Assembly: GCA_965216875.1 (NCBI GenBank)
Contig: OZ244207.1
Span: 864,001-928,000 of the forward strand
Source: Rubripirellula sp.
Lineage (GTDB): Bacteria > Planctomycetota > Planctomycetia > Pirellulales > Pirellulaceae
Direction of reading: 5' to 3'
Length of the DNA stretch: 64,000 bases
This document shows, one piece after another, positions 18,965 to 30,000 of this stretch. The stretch's first letter is position 1. The number at the start of each line of letters is the position of its first letter. Under the pieces are notes generated by a model. That model ran no database searches. It was not told where the DNA came from and saw only the letters and a program-made list of their open reading frames with translations. Position numbers and translations under genes: made by a program.

Positions 18965-21412
18965 CTATTTCGTAGGTTCGATGACCAACCAATTAAGGCA
19001 GGTGTTGCTCCCGCCTTTCGGTGTTCCGATCACGACGGTGAGATCTCCGTCTTTGGTTTCGATGATCGAGGAGAGTTCGAGAAATTTCCCTGCCTGCGTG
19101 TCGACGTTTTTTGCAAAGTTGACACCTTCGATCGTCAAATGTTGGCCTGATTGAGGATGCTCTGCGTCGCCTAGGCAAGCGGTGACCTTCCAAGAGCCAT
19201 TTTCGATTTCACACGTCCAGGTGTTTTGCTTTCGCGTAAAAACGAAGCCTGAGTTCAAGGTGTCATCACCACTTTGGCGGTAACGCGTATTGGCCGCGAG
19301 GTTGCTTTGCCAGCCGAAACCTTGCTCTTTCTGAAATGCCTTTCCTGAATCGTTGATCCAACCCTCCGGTTTCGGTGCATTCCGACTGGTGAAATTGAAT
19401 GCCTTGGCGTCGGCCGCCAGTTTGGGCTCGGGCAATCCATCCCGTTTTGGGTTGGGTTGCCACGCAATAGGCCGGCGGAAGTGTGATGCTGGCACAGGTT
19501 GACTCTGAATTTCCGCCCAAACCTGCTTCGCGATCTGACGACGAGTGAGCGGAAGCTTGATCGGTGTTGCAAACTTGTAGCCACGTTCCTTGACGGTCGC
19601 GATCACCCGCGCCGTCCAGTCTTTGCTCGCTGGTCGATCCGGGCGAAAGGCTGTTTCAGAGGCATTCAATCCCAAGACTCTTCGCAGTGCCAATTGCTGG
19701 AATACCTCAAAATCTGGGTCGAAAGGGTCAACATCCGAGAAAGGCCAAATGGCCATCGGGGCTCCATGTTTTGAGTTCAGGAGCGCCGACCAAATGGCGG
19801 GCAAGTGAGCGATGTTTCCCGGCGTTTCCTGTTCGATGAGGCTTACTGCGGCAACGGCTCCGGCAGCCTGGCCGGCGTGGATTGATTGATCGTGCAACCG
19901 GCATGACGAACTGACGATGCTCGTGTAGCCCAAGTTCTTCTGTGCGCCGATCAGCCCCTCGATCGATTCCGGCAGGAGAGCGCGCAATGGAAAGACGGCT
20001 CGACCTGTTCCACTTCGACCGAACCTGCGATTACCGCGAAACGAAGCTTCCCACGGGCCAGCTTCTTTTTGGTCAGTTGTCCAATTTCGGCGCGTGGGAT
20101 GAAAATCGAGTTCAAACTGCCAGCAGAAAACCGCATCCGGGAACATGACTCTCGCGTAATCGGAGCGGCTTTCGAATCCGACCACTTCCTGTTCCGTGAC
20201 AACATGTTTGCTGGCCAGGCGAAGGCTTTCGCGAACGTAGGGTTTGGGCGGCAAATGGTCGTTGGTCTCAAACTCACGACTTAGTGCCATGCGGCGAAAC
20301 TTGGGAAAGTTCTGTTGCAGGTAATAGTAGTACTTGAGCGTGTGGTTGCGGGCGTCTGCGAACACGATCTCTCTCTGTTCACGACTCATCGCCACAAGGG
20401 TTTTGTTTGAAGCTCCTGGTTCCGTCTCCTCGAGAGCATCGGCCACTGACTTTGGCCATGCGTCCAGGGGGTAATCGATGTTCGGATTGTTGATCAGTAA
20501 GATGTCCGGATGGTCGATTTCCTTTGAACCCTGACCGTCCACCAGTCGCCTTGTGGTGTAGGCAAAGTCTTCGTCGATCCATCCCCACTTTCCGGTGAAG
20601 TAGGCAGGGTCATAGCCATCGGGTTTCGGAAACAGATGGGGCTCATCCTGTTGCTCGAGAATCATGCACCATGTGATCGGGTTCAGATCGGTTGCGGGAG
20701 TACCGGATACAGGGGCGCTCGGTTCGTTGAATTCAGCTTGGCTATCGAGCCCTGCGTCCCACCTTGCGCCGGATCCTTTGATCACGTCTCCCCAATCACT
20801 GGCGTCGATCGTGAGCTTGGCGCGCACGGTCAGTGTTTTGCCACCGGGGCCGACGAATTCAACGCCCATCACCCGATCGTTAGTCATTAGCACGGAATCG
20901 ACGTGGTAGTACGAGCGCCGCAACACCTGGCCGTTCTTTTCAAAGGGGGCCAAGAGTTCGCGAAAGACCTGTTCGGCGACAACGGGGCGGCCGGTGGTGA
21001 TCACACGCGTATTGCCTGGACGTCGAACTCCGCCGTAGAGCTGAGCGTTCTTGTCTTCGATTGCGTCGATGACATCGCGGAAGATTCCCGATCGGGGTAC
21101 GGGAACCGTTCCGTCATATCCGTGGCCACGGTTTTCGTCGATGGCGCCGAGGCCTTCGGCGCTGAATTGCCCGCCCAGCCACTCAATGTCGTTGATCAAC
21201 GCAATCTTCTTGATTCCCATGCGAGCCGCTTGGACGGCCGCAGCGCAACCGGACTCGGTTCCTCCCACGACCAATAGGTCAACCTCGATCGCTTCTGACG
21301 CGATCTGCGGAGTTGACTTTGGAGCGTCGTCGGCTTTCAAGGTGATGTTTGGCGCGAGCAGCAGCGAGGCGAGGGCCAAGATGCAATCGGTGACTCTCAT
21401 GTGGCTCTTCAT
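18965..21412 (-). CDS. Exported FAD-dependent oxidoreductase with C-terminal carbohydrate-binding-like domain
   Basis: LLVVGGTESGCAAAVQAAR (Rossmann), WLGGQ, IDASDWGD, PYVRES.R, GQAAG motifs; start MKSHMRV at 21412. Confidence 0.87.
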   Translation of the reverse strand: MKSHMRVTDCILALASLLLAPNITLKADDAPKSTPQIASEAIEVDLLVVGGTESGCAAAVQAARMGIKKIALINDIEWLGGQFSAEGLGAIDENRGHGYDGTVPVPRSGIFRDVIDAIEDKNAQLYGGVRRPGNTRVITTGRPVVAEQVFRELLAPFEKNGQVLRRSYYHVDSVLMTNDRVMGVEFVGPGGKTLTVRAKLTIDASDWGDVIKGSGARWDAGLDSQAEFNEPSAPVSGTPATDLNPITWCMILEQQDEPHLFPKPDGYDPAYFTGKWGWIDEDFAYTTRRLVDGQGSKEIDHPDILLINNPNIDYPLDAWPKSVADALEETEPGASNKTLVAMSREQREIVFADARNHTLKYYYYLQQNFPKFRRMALSREFETNDHLPPKPYVRESLRLASKHVVTEQEVVGFESRSDYARVMFPDAVFCWQFELDFHPTRRNWTTDQKEAGPWEASFRGNRRFGRSGTGRAVFPLRALLPESIEGLIGAQKNLGYTSIVSSSCRLHDQSIHAGQAAGAVAAVSLIEQETPGNIAHLPAIWSALLNSKHGAPMAIWPFSDVDPFDPDFEVFQQLALRRVLGLNASETAFRPDRPASKDWTARVIATVKERGYKFATPIKLPLTRRQIAKQVWAEIQSQPVPASHFRRPIAWQPNPKRDGLPEPKLAADAKAFNFTSRNAPKPEGWINDSGKAFQKEQGFGWQSNLAANTRYRQSGDDTLNSGFVFTRKQNTWTCEIENGSWKVTACLGDAEHPQSGQHLTIEGVNFAKNVDTQAGKFLELSSIIETKDGDLTVVIGTPKGGSNTCLNWLVIEPTK

Positions 21413-21456
21413 GGTCGAGTTTCTGATGAATGCGCTTAGGTGCGGCGAGTTCCTGT

Positions 21457-22848
21457 TCACGCGACGATCTCGTTGACGACGCGTCCGCGTACATCGGTGA
21501 GACGAAAGTCGCGACCGGAATAGCGGTAGACCAATCGCTCGTGGTCGATTCCAAGCAGGTGAAGAATGGTTGCGTGCAAGTCGTGAACGTGAACCTTGTC
21601 CTGAATCGCCCGGAAGCCGAAGTCGTCGGTCGCTCCGTGGATCGTGCCGCCTCGGATGCCACCACCGGCCAGCCACCAGGTGAACCCAAACTGGTTGTGA
21701 TCGCGTCCGTTCTTGCCTTGCGTTGTCGGCGTGCGGCCGAATTCACCGCCCCAAGTCACGAGTGTTTCGTCCAGCAGTCCACGGCGTTTGAGATCTCCGA
21801 GGAGAGCCGCGATGGGTTGGTCGATGTCTCCGCAGAGTTGTCGATGCTTCTTGTCGTTGTCAGAGTGTGTATCCCACGGCTGGCGATTGCCGTAGTACAG
21901 CTGGACGAATCGGACTCCGCGTTCGCTCAGCCGCCGCGCCATCAGACACGCGCGGGCAAAGCGGCTGCTTCCGTATTCGGCTTGGACCGATTCAGGCTCT
22001 CGAGACACGTCGAACGCATCGAGTGCTTCGGTCTGCATTCGGAATGCGAGCTCCATGCTACGAATGCGTGTGTCCAGGTCGTCGGGCTCGGTGCGTTCCT
22101 CGCGGTGTCGGCTGTTCAGTCGGCGAATCAGGTCCAGCTGTTCGCGCATGGCATCGGGACCGAGCGACGAGTTTTTCAAATGTGGGATCAGTTGTTCTGG
22201 TTTTTGGTTCGTGTGATTCAGATGCGTGCCCTGAAACTGACCCGGCAGAAACGCGTTACTCCAGAGTTTCGGTCCGAGTACCGGTTTGCCCGGGCAGAGC
22301 ACGACGAATCCGGGTAGGTTTTCGTTTTCCGTTCCCAGCCCGTAGGTCGCCCAGGATCCGAGACTGGGACGGTTGGGCGTGAGCGAACCAAGGTTCATCA
22401 TGCACAATGCGGGCGCGTGATTTGGGAAATCGGTGTGCAGACCACGGACGATCGCCATGTCGTCCACGAACTTCGCCGTCCTCGGTAGCAAATCCGAAAC
22501 CGGAATCCCTGACTCGCCGTAATGTTGAAATTGAAAAGGCGATGGCATCAGTCCGCCCTGAGCCACAAGTCGCTCGGCCCGAAACGAGTCGGCGATGTCG
22601 TCTGGCAGGTCTCCTGAGTGTTCGGCGAGTTTCGGTTTCGGGTCGAACGTGTCGACCTGCGACGGACCACCTCCCATGAATAGCGAAATCACACGTTTCG
22701 CGCGCGGAGCGAAGTGCAGTCCGCGCACCGCGGTTGTGTTGGTATCGGCAGCTGCCGAAGGCTCAAGCAATCCAGACAGACCCAGCATGCCCATCCTAGC
22801 GCCGGCTGTCCGCAGCAGTTCGCGTCGTGTGGGGGAATTGGTATTCAT
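21457..22848 (-). CDS. DUF1501 domain protein (Tat signal)
   Basis: TRRELLR, LFMGGGPSQVDTFDPKP, WDTH, GEFGRTP, GRDHN, HVHDLHAT motifs. Confidence 0.95.
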   Translation of the reverse strand: MNTNSPTRRELLRTAGARMGMLGLSGLLEPSAAADTNTTAVRGLHFAPRAKRVISLFMGGGPSQVDTFDPKPKLAEHSGDLPDDIADSFRAERLVAQGGLMPSPFQFQHYGESGIPVSDLLPRTAKFVDDMAIVRGLHTDFPNHAPALCMMNLGSLTPNRPSLGSWATYGLGTENENLPGFVVLCPGKPVLGPKLWSNAFLPGQFQGTHLNHTNQKPEQLIPHLKNSSLGPDAMREQLDLIRRLNSRHREERTEPDDLDTRIRSMELAFRMQTEALDAFDVSREPESVQAEYGSSRFARACLMARRLSERGVRFVQLYYGNRQPWDTHSDNDKKHRQLCGDIDQPIAALLGDLKRRGLLDETLVTWGGEFGRTPTTQGKNGRDHNQFGFTWWLAGGGIRGGTIHGATDDFGFRAIQDKVHVHDLHATILHLLGIDHERLVYRYSGRDFRLTDVRGRVVNEIVA

Positions 22849-22931
22849 GATCGGTCCGTGTGGTTGTTTGAAAGCTCCGATGTGAACCGCCGGTGTGCAG
22901 CAATCGGCTCACCGTGATCAAAAGCACTTGC

Positions 22932-25430
22932 TCAATCGATGTACTGAAGTTCGTTACTTGCCAACAGGGCGTGGATGTATCGGGTCCAGCGTTCGTTGTC
23001 GTTCCATTCGGTTCCAAGGAAGTCCAAGGCAGTGCGTCGGTCTTCGTCAGTTGCCCGGCGCGTAAACAATCGCGTGTGAAGATCATCGATTCGGGCTTCA
23101 ACCGTTGAATCTTCTTCGAGAATTTTCGCAGCCAGCGCCGTGGCCGCTTTTCGCACCAGCGGCGCGTTGAGTACAAACAACTGCTGCAGCGGTGTCGTTG
23201 TCACGGAACGGCCAGCGCTGTGAAGGGTAGGATCGGGAAAGTCAAAATTGGCCAGTGTGGTTGCGAGTTCGTGTCGTGACACCTTTCCGTAGAGCGTGCG
23301 ACGTGCGAACTTGGGATCGTCGACGTTGCCCGACCGACCGCCGATGCGCTGGTCCATCAATCCGGAAACGGCGAGAATTGTGTCTCGCAGTGCTTCGACT
23401 TCGAGACGACGACGTGGGAAACGTGTCAACAGTTGGCCATCAGGATCGAGAAGCTGACTGTCCTTGGAAGCGGTCGATGATTGTCGGTACGTTGCTGAAG
23501 TCACGATTTCGCGATGCAGCCACTTGAGCGACCAGCCGTTCTCGACAAAACGCACGGCGAGGCCGTCGAGCAGCTCGGGATGCGTCGGGCGTTCACCCAA
23601 TGCTCCAAAGTTGCTGGGACTGGGGACGAGCCCTCGACCGAAATGAAGCTGCCAGACGCGATTCACGATCACGCGCGCCGTCAACGGGTTCTTCTCGGAC
23701 GCAACCGCGCGAGCCAATTCCAAACGCCCACTTCCTTGTTCGAAGTGTTCGAGATGATCGTCGCACAGAACTTCGACGAATCTTCGCGGAACAACCTCCC
23801 CGTGTTTACCGGCGTTGCCGCGGACGAAGATTGGGAGATCGCGCGGACGGTTGGGATAGACTGCGAGCTTCACTCGGCTGCCGTCGGTGTCTTCGACGAG
23901 AATCGTTTCTTCGGTGAGTACATGAGCGACGGGGAGTTCGAAGTGGGCTGTCCTTTTTAGCTTCGCGATCTCCTGACGCTGCTCTTTGAGTTGGTTGGTT
24001 TCTTCAGCGGTTGCGGCTTGCTTCGGATCTTTCTTTTTTCGAGCCGCGATTTCCTTTTCGAGCTTCGTGACCTTGGACTCCAGTTCTTTCACACGCTTCC
24101 GCGCCGGTTCGGAGTCGTCAACGAGTGATTGCTCGATAATCGGTCTGGTCGTCTGGCGACTCGATGCAAACACACCGGCAATCGCGTAGTAGTCGGCGGC
24201 ACGAATCGGATCGTATTTATGGTCGTGACAACGAGCACACGCCAGCGTCAGGCCTAGGAAGCCTCGACCGATCACGTCGACACGGTCTTCCCAGTCGTCG
24301 GCGTAACGATTCTGAATGACGAGCTTGGAGAGTTGGACTTCCTTGTGGTTTTGTGGTCCCAAACCAAACAAACCAAGCGCGGGAAGGTCCTCCGGTCCGG
24401 TCTCTGGCAGAAGATCGGTGGCGAGTTGGCGAATCACAAACTCGTCGTAGGGAACATCGTCATTCAGAGCGGAGCTAACCCAATCGCGATACCGCCACGC
24501 ATTCGGGTAGGGCCCGTTGTGCGGCCCCATGTTGGTGTTGTCTTCTGCATAACGGACGACGTCCAGCCAATGCCGTCCCCATCGTTCGCCGTATCGCGGT
24601 GACGCAAGCAGTCGATCGACGAGTCGCTGATACGCACGTGGCGATTTGTCGTCCAGGAATTCCTTTACTTCAGCCGGCGTTGGAGGAAGTCCGGTCAGGT
24701 CGTAGGTGACACGGCGCAGCAAGTTGCGCCGTGCCGCTTCCGCTGCCGGAGTCGCTCCGGCGGACTGAATCATCCGAAGAACAAAGGCGTCGATGGGACG
24801 GCGCGTCCAGGTAGCCTGAGCAGCTTGAGGAACCGCGTGACGGCGTGGCTGCTGGAACGACCAGAACTTTCGCGCTTGCTCAAAGTCGATCTCGGTCTTG
24901 ACGACGCTGCCCGCATCGGTCCGTGGATCGGGTGCTCCCATGGCAACCCATTTCTCGAAGTTCGCAATCACATCATCCGGAAGTTTTCCGGATGGCGGCA
25001 TCTCGGGCGCCTCGCTGCTTGTGTATCGCAACGCCAGGATCAAGAGGCTCTCATTCGGCTTGCCCGGGACGATCGCCAGACCACTTTCTCCGCCCTCTCG
25101 CAGGCTGGGGCCCGAATCGACTCGCAATTGGGCTTCAACAACTTCGTCCTGAGCCGAGTGACACTCGTAGCAATGTTCGACGAGCACAGGCCGAATGCGA
25201 GACTCAAAAAACGCGTTCGCTTCCGGCGACACTTCGTCAGCGGCTCCGACGTCAACGAAGAGTGCCGTCATGGATGCGCAGTAGACGGCAAGCAACAACC
25301 AGCGGTAGCTGACAACGTGGGGCGGACGTCTCTGCAGAAGTAGAGCAGCGCGCATTGAAGTGGCTTGCACAGCGGTGGGAGGGTGGAGGCGGGACTCCCA
25401 TTCTAGCCCACGAGCGAGCCGAAGTGACAC
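22932..25430 (-). CDS. Planctomycete cytochrome c / DUF1549 / DUF1553 (PSD1) protein
   Basis: FFESRIRPVL..HCYECH, PIDAFV, DLTGLPPT, YGERWGRHWLD, CARCHDHKYDP, NRVWQ.HFGRG, PLQQLF motifs; start uncertain. Confidence 0.95.
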   Translation of the reverse strand: MSLRLARGLEWESRLHPPTAVQATSMRAALLLQRRPPHVVSYRWLLLAVYCASMTALFVDVGAADEVSPEANAFFESRIRPVLVEHCYECHSAQDEVVEAQLRVDSGPSLREGGESGLAIVPGKPNESLLILALRYTSSEAPEMPPSGKLPDDVIANFEKWVAMGAPDPRTDAGSVVKTEIDFEQARKFWSFQQPRRHAVPQAAQATWTRRPIDAFVLRMIQSAGATPAAEAARRNLLRRVTYDLTGLPPTPAEVKEFLDDKSPRAYQRLVDRLLASPRYGERWGRHWLDVVRYAEDNTNMGPHNGPYPNAWRYRDWVSSALNDDVPYDEFVIRQLATDLLPETGPEDLPALGLFGLGPQNHKEVQLSKLVIQNRYADDWEDRVDVIGRGFLGLTLACARCHDHKYDPIRAADYYAIAGVFASSRQTTRPIIEQSLVDDSEPARKRVKELESKVTKLEKEIAARKKKDPKQAATAEETNQLKEQRQEIAKLKRTAHFELPVAHVLTEETILVEDTDGSRVKLAVYPNRPRDLPIFVRGNAGKHGEVVPRRFVEVLCDDHLEHFEQGSGRLELARAVASEKNPLTARVIVNRVWQLHFGRGLVPSPSNFGALGERPTHPELLDGLAVRFVENGWSLKWLHREIVTSATYRQSSTASKDSQLLDPDGQLLTRFPRRRLEVEALRDTILAVSGLMDQRIGGRSGNVDDPKFARRTLYGKVSRHELATTLANFDFPDPTLHSAGRSVTTTPLQQLFVLNAPLVRKAATALAAKILEEDSTVEARIDDLHTRLFTRRATDEDRRTALDFLGTEWNDNERWTRYIHALLASNELQYID

Positions 25431-25561
25431 AGCGAGCGACTTCGCCCTGATACAGCGCGTTCGCGGTATCGGCTTCCACCACAGGGCTCTTTCCCGGCGG
25501 TCGGCCGTTCAAGACTTGAGCGTCGCGTTGAGGAGAGCGGTCGTGCGAACCCCCGAAGAAG

Positions 25562-25635
<74 letters not shown>

Positions 25636-25869
25636 TTGAGATGATGACGCTGTGTGCAAAGACCCGATCCAGCGCGGCTCGGTTCGCGGTCCGCCAGCGA
25701 CTGGGACGATTGTAGGGCCAGCGATTCGACTGCCAAACCCCAGTGGGACGATTCTGTGCGGCATTTTTTGACGAACCCTCTCGCAGTTTGGCAGATCGTC
25801 AAAAGTGCGATCGATTGGCGATCGCCCGATACGTTAGTATGGTCACATGGGGCTGTTGGAGATGCCGGT

Positions 25870-26310
25870 ATGCGGATCATCATCTATTGCGGAATGGTTA
25901 CGATCTGGCTCGTCATGGGTGCAGGGCTCGCGGTGAGCGGTTTCAATCTCATCCCTGAACAGCACCGGGTGGGCGAGGTCGTTGCTGTGATCGGAATGTG
26001 TAGCGGAGTGCTCGGTCTTGGAGCCGCCGAACTGCTGCTCTACTCGATCGGTTCGCGGCGACCTCGACGAAGGCGCAAGCGAAAACGAAATCCAAAACTG
26101 CCTAATGTCCCAACACCGCGATCCTTCCAAAGCCGTTTGGCAAAGTTTGCCGGAACGGATGAGCAGCATGTGATGGACGAAACGGAAGAGCACGCGTCCA
26201 ACATGCCTTTCTGGACCCTGGCGAATGATCATTCACGGACGGAACCCAAGCCCGCGAGCTTCTTTCGTCATATCCTGTACCGAATTCGTGCCATTCTGCG
26301 CACGAGCTAA
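25870..26310 (+). CDS. Hypothetical membrane protein (2 TM plus basic cytoplasmic tail)
   Basis: Likely start MRIIIYCG at 25870; two hydrophobic helices followed by RRPRRRRKRKR. Confidence 0.65.
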   Translation: MRIIIYCGMVTIWLVMGAGLAVSGFNLIPEQHRVGEVVAVIGMCSGVLGLGAAELLLYSIGSRRPRRRRKRKRNPKLPNVPTPRSFQSRLAKFAGTDEQHVMDETEEHASNMPFWTLANDHSRTEPKPASFFRHILYRIRAILRTS

Positions 26311-26319
26311 GAGGCGACG

Positions 26320-26853
26320 ATGCCTGAACGAATAGCGTTGCTCCGCGGAATCAACGTCGGTGGCAAGAACAAGCTACCGATGGCCGAGCTTGTCCAAATC
26401 CTCGAACAACTCAAGCTCAAGGAGGTGCGCACCTACATCCAAAGCGGCAATGTTGTTTTTCAATCGGGCAAAATTTCGCCGGAGAAGTTGGCTCAAAGGA
26501 TCACCGACGCTATCGAGTCGGAAAAGGGTTTTGCGCCGACCGTTCTCGTTTGTGACGCCGACGAGTTTCGCGAGATCGTTGAAACGAACCCGTTCGCCAA
26601 AGCGGTAGCCGAACCCAAGCACATGCATTACTTCTTTCTCGAAAGTGATGCGACCGATGCGGATACCGACGGTATCGCAAGGATCGCCGCCAAGAGCGAG
26701 CAGTTTACGCTGCAGGAGCGAGTCTTCTTGTTGCACGCGCCCGATGGGATCGGTCGATCAAAGCTCGTCGCCAAGATCGACAAACTGCTCGGAGTGCCAA
26801 CGACAGCTCGCAATTTGCGCACGATCGAAGCGTTGTTGGAAATGTTGTCGTAG
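26320..26853 (+). CDS. DUF1697 domain protein
   Basis: ALLRGINVGGKNKLPMA, VRTYIQSGNVVF, T.RN..T motifs. Confidence 0.92.
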   Translation: MPERIALLRGINVGGKNKLPMAELVQILEQLKLKEVRTYIQSGNVVFQSGKISPEKLAQRITDAIESEKGFAPTVLVCDADEFREIVETNPFAKAVAEPKHMHYFFLESDATDADTDGIARIAAKSEQFTLQERVFLLHAPDGIGRSKLVAKIDKLLGVPTTARNLRTIEALLEMLS

Positions 26854-27029
26854 GTCATGCTCCGCATGACAGGTGTCAAGGCGTTATGCACAGGCTGTTC
26901 GTAGTCTAACGCCAGAGAGCCGCGATCGCGTAAGCGGCCGGGCATTGTGCACTTGAAGGGCCCGACGCTAGCGCGTTCGGCTCACGAGGATGACAGGTTT
27001 CCGTGCGTGTCATGCACAGCATGATCTAC
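26850..27029. repeat. Nested REP mosaic between convergent genes
   Basis: Outer inverted pair GTAGGTCATGCTCCGCATGAC (26850-26870) and GTCATGCACAGCATGATCTAC (27009-27029) enclosing GGCCCGACGCTAGCGCGTTCGGCTCA (26959-26984). Confidence 0.85.
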
Positions 27030-27030
27030 G

Positions 27031-30000
27031 TTAGCGAGCTTTGATCGAAACCCCATTCAGGACGGGCTCGCCCGAGACGGTCTCGATTTGCAGGTGCAGT
27101 TCATCGCCAATCGCCACGTCTTCGATGAGCTGACGTATTTCTCGGGGCGAATTTGCGTCGACGTGCAATCGCTCGCCAATCGGTTTGCCGTTCATCTTCA
27201 CGTCGAACGTTGCCGGCGATGGTCCGAACCGTAGCTCAATGTTGTAGCGTCGTTTGGGCTTTGAAGGATCGTCGTCACGAGCCGGTTCGGCATCGATAAA
27301 CAGCTTCGGCGAGCGCTCCACACCCGTCTTTGATGAGACCGCGACTCGCTTTCCGCTGCCGGTGATCAGGAAGGAAATGGCGTTACCCGGTTTCCAATCC
27401 TCACGCTTGATGATTTCGCGAATCAGCGGAGCAAGGTTGGGTGTGCGGTGGATTTCGGTCGCTTCGTAACGTTTGTTCCAAGGCGGCGGGTTCCATTGAA
27501 CTTCGGTGGTCGTTCTTGATCGTGACGAAAGGTCATGTTTGTCGCCCGAAAAACGCTCCGAATTTCCTGTGTCCTCAGCGCTGACTTGCAATGAGGTCGG
27601 TTCGTTCGACGTTTCATCGCAGGTGAATTGAATGTAGGCCGACTTGATCTTCGATTTGGCGTTGAGGTTGATGTCGGTAAACCTCAGTCCAACCACTTGG
27701 TCCTCAATATCTTCGACAAGCTCGAGATCGCTGCTGATTCGATCGACGGCGCCCGATTCACTTTCTTCGGCGTCGTCATCAGCATGCTGAATGGGAATGC
27801 CGCTACGCATTGTGAACTCGCCTTCGAGTTTCATCCCGATCCTTAGGTCGGTCACACCTTGAATGCCCGAAGATGCGATCCAGGGTGTCTCGCTCTTGGA
27901 TGCCGCCGAAGCGTGCTTTCGAAAGTAGGTTGCTTCTTTGTTGGCATGAATGGTGACCGGCGGAGAAGATCCGGCGACGGCCGGGTATTCGATCCACAAC
28001 AAACCGTCCTTGTCTCGCCGATCGCCCGCCGCTCCAAAATTGATTCCGAGTTGTCGAAAATACTCCCCCTGAGTTTCGAGTGAAGCTGCCGAGTTGACGG
28101 TCCACATTTCGACCTCGGGCATGTGTACCAAGCCGAGCGAAGTTTGGTTCTGGTAAGCGCAACTGCACGTGCGCGTGTAGTCGGGCGCGTTCAGCACGCC
28201 ATTGGCAACGATTAAGTTGGAAGTGCAACCCGACTTAAAGCCGCCCAGGTTTCCCGTGCCCGCTTTGGATTGCAGGTCGTAGAATCCTGCAGCGCCCGAT
28301 CGAAAGGTCAAAAAGTTTTCGCTGGCGATGACATTATTGCACCCGTAGGCGCGAGTGATTCGCCAAGGTTGCATTTGGCCGGTAAGAGGATTCGGAATGA
28401 GTTTGGGTTTGCCGTCACTCAAATAGAACGCGCCGGCTGATTGCCCGTACGAGTTGGCGTTGGTGATGATCAAGTCGTTGTGCAGGATGCATGGGCCAAG
28501 GTAACGCACACCATCGTTTTTCCATCGCAGGTTGCCTGTCGCTGCTTCGTAGACCGCCATTCCTTGATCGACTTCGTCGTAAAGGCGGTCGCTCCCTTTG
28601 GCACCGGCTTGCAGCAGGGCGTTTTGTTTTTCGGAATACCCAAGCCAGGTGCCGAAGATGTTTTCGGATACTTCCCACGCTTGTTGCCCGGTTTGGGAAT
28701 CATAGGCGACGATTCGATACCCTTCGGTGGGCGGTTTGCCGCGGCGCAGTAATGCTGCTTCGACCTGTTTCGGATTGCGATCGAGGCAATAGACGAGTCC
28801 GCCGCCGGCAACAATCCCGTTGTGCCAGAAACTGTGATTTGCGTCGACCTTCCAGAGCATTTCGCCACTGTGCCGGTCCCAACCGATTAGTGAGGCGCTC
28901 GCCGCTCGGTCAAGACTCTTGGATCCGAAGCCGGCACGTGATTTCTTGAGGTCCTTGTCCGACGGAAAGTTCAGGCCATTCCGCGTGCGATACATCGCGA
29001 ACCCCGAGCCGCCGATGAGGACGTTTTTGTAAACGCCAAGGTATCCCCAGTTGGCTTGGTTGCCATCGCCGTCTTGCGGGATCTTGAAGTTGCCAATCGT
29101 TTTGCCGGTCGCGGGGTCGAGAACGTGGCACACGGGGCCTTCGACAATGTAAACATGCTCGGGGGTGACCACAAAGTTTGTGCCCCGCGCATTGGCACCG
29201 GGAATGTGAACTTGGTTGTACTTGGGGTTCAGGGGGACGTCTTCATAGGTCGAGTCATAGTAGACATCGAAGGTGCCCAAATCCTTGAAGTCACGTTTCC
29301 AAAGGACGCGACCGGTGTAGACATCGCGGGCACTGAGCGAGTTCATGCCTTGGATAAAGAGCCGACCGCCGACCACTTGTTCGGGCGGGCCATGACCGTG
29401 TCGTGGCAGCACATCCATGTTGCTGCTTCCTCCAAACCACAAGATGCCCAGTGGCAGTTTGACACGACTGTCGTCCGACTTGACGGTGTTTGCAATGCTG
29501 CCGTACTGGTGCGTCCAATCGGCCGCGCCGGGTAGTGGTCCGGTGCGCCGGACGAGGACTCCGAGTTCACTTTCGGCAACGCGAGCGCGAGAAAGATCGA
29601 GTCCTTTGATTTGCTTTAGTAACCCGCCCCGATTCCGTTGGCTCAACAACACCATCGTGCCGCCGTAGGGGCGCAACGATTCGTAAACCGTGTCGAGTGA
29701 ATCGGGGTTCGAGACGTGTCGATCCGATGCATCGACGAAGATCATGTTGGCGACATACGGCGGTGCTTGAAAGGAAGAAGCGTCGCCGTGGTGCAACGTG
29801 ACTTTGCCGTACAGTCCGGCGGCATCAAGAGCTTGGCGGCCGCGCTCGACCGATTCGTTGTCCGAGCAAACAATCGCAAGTTGCTCGAAGGGCGATTGGA
29901 ATGCCAAGGCTTGCAGCAAAGCGGAATCCCAATTCCCATACCAAAGGGCGTAACCTTCGGCGTCGCCCAGTTGCGTCAGCTGCGAAACGACCTTTTGTGC

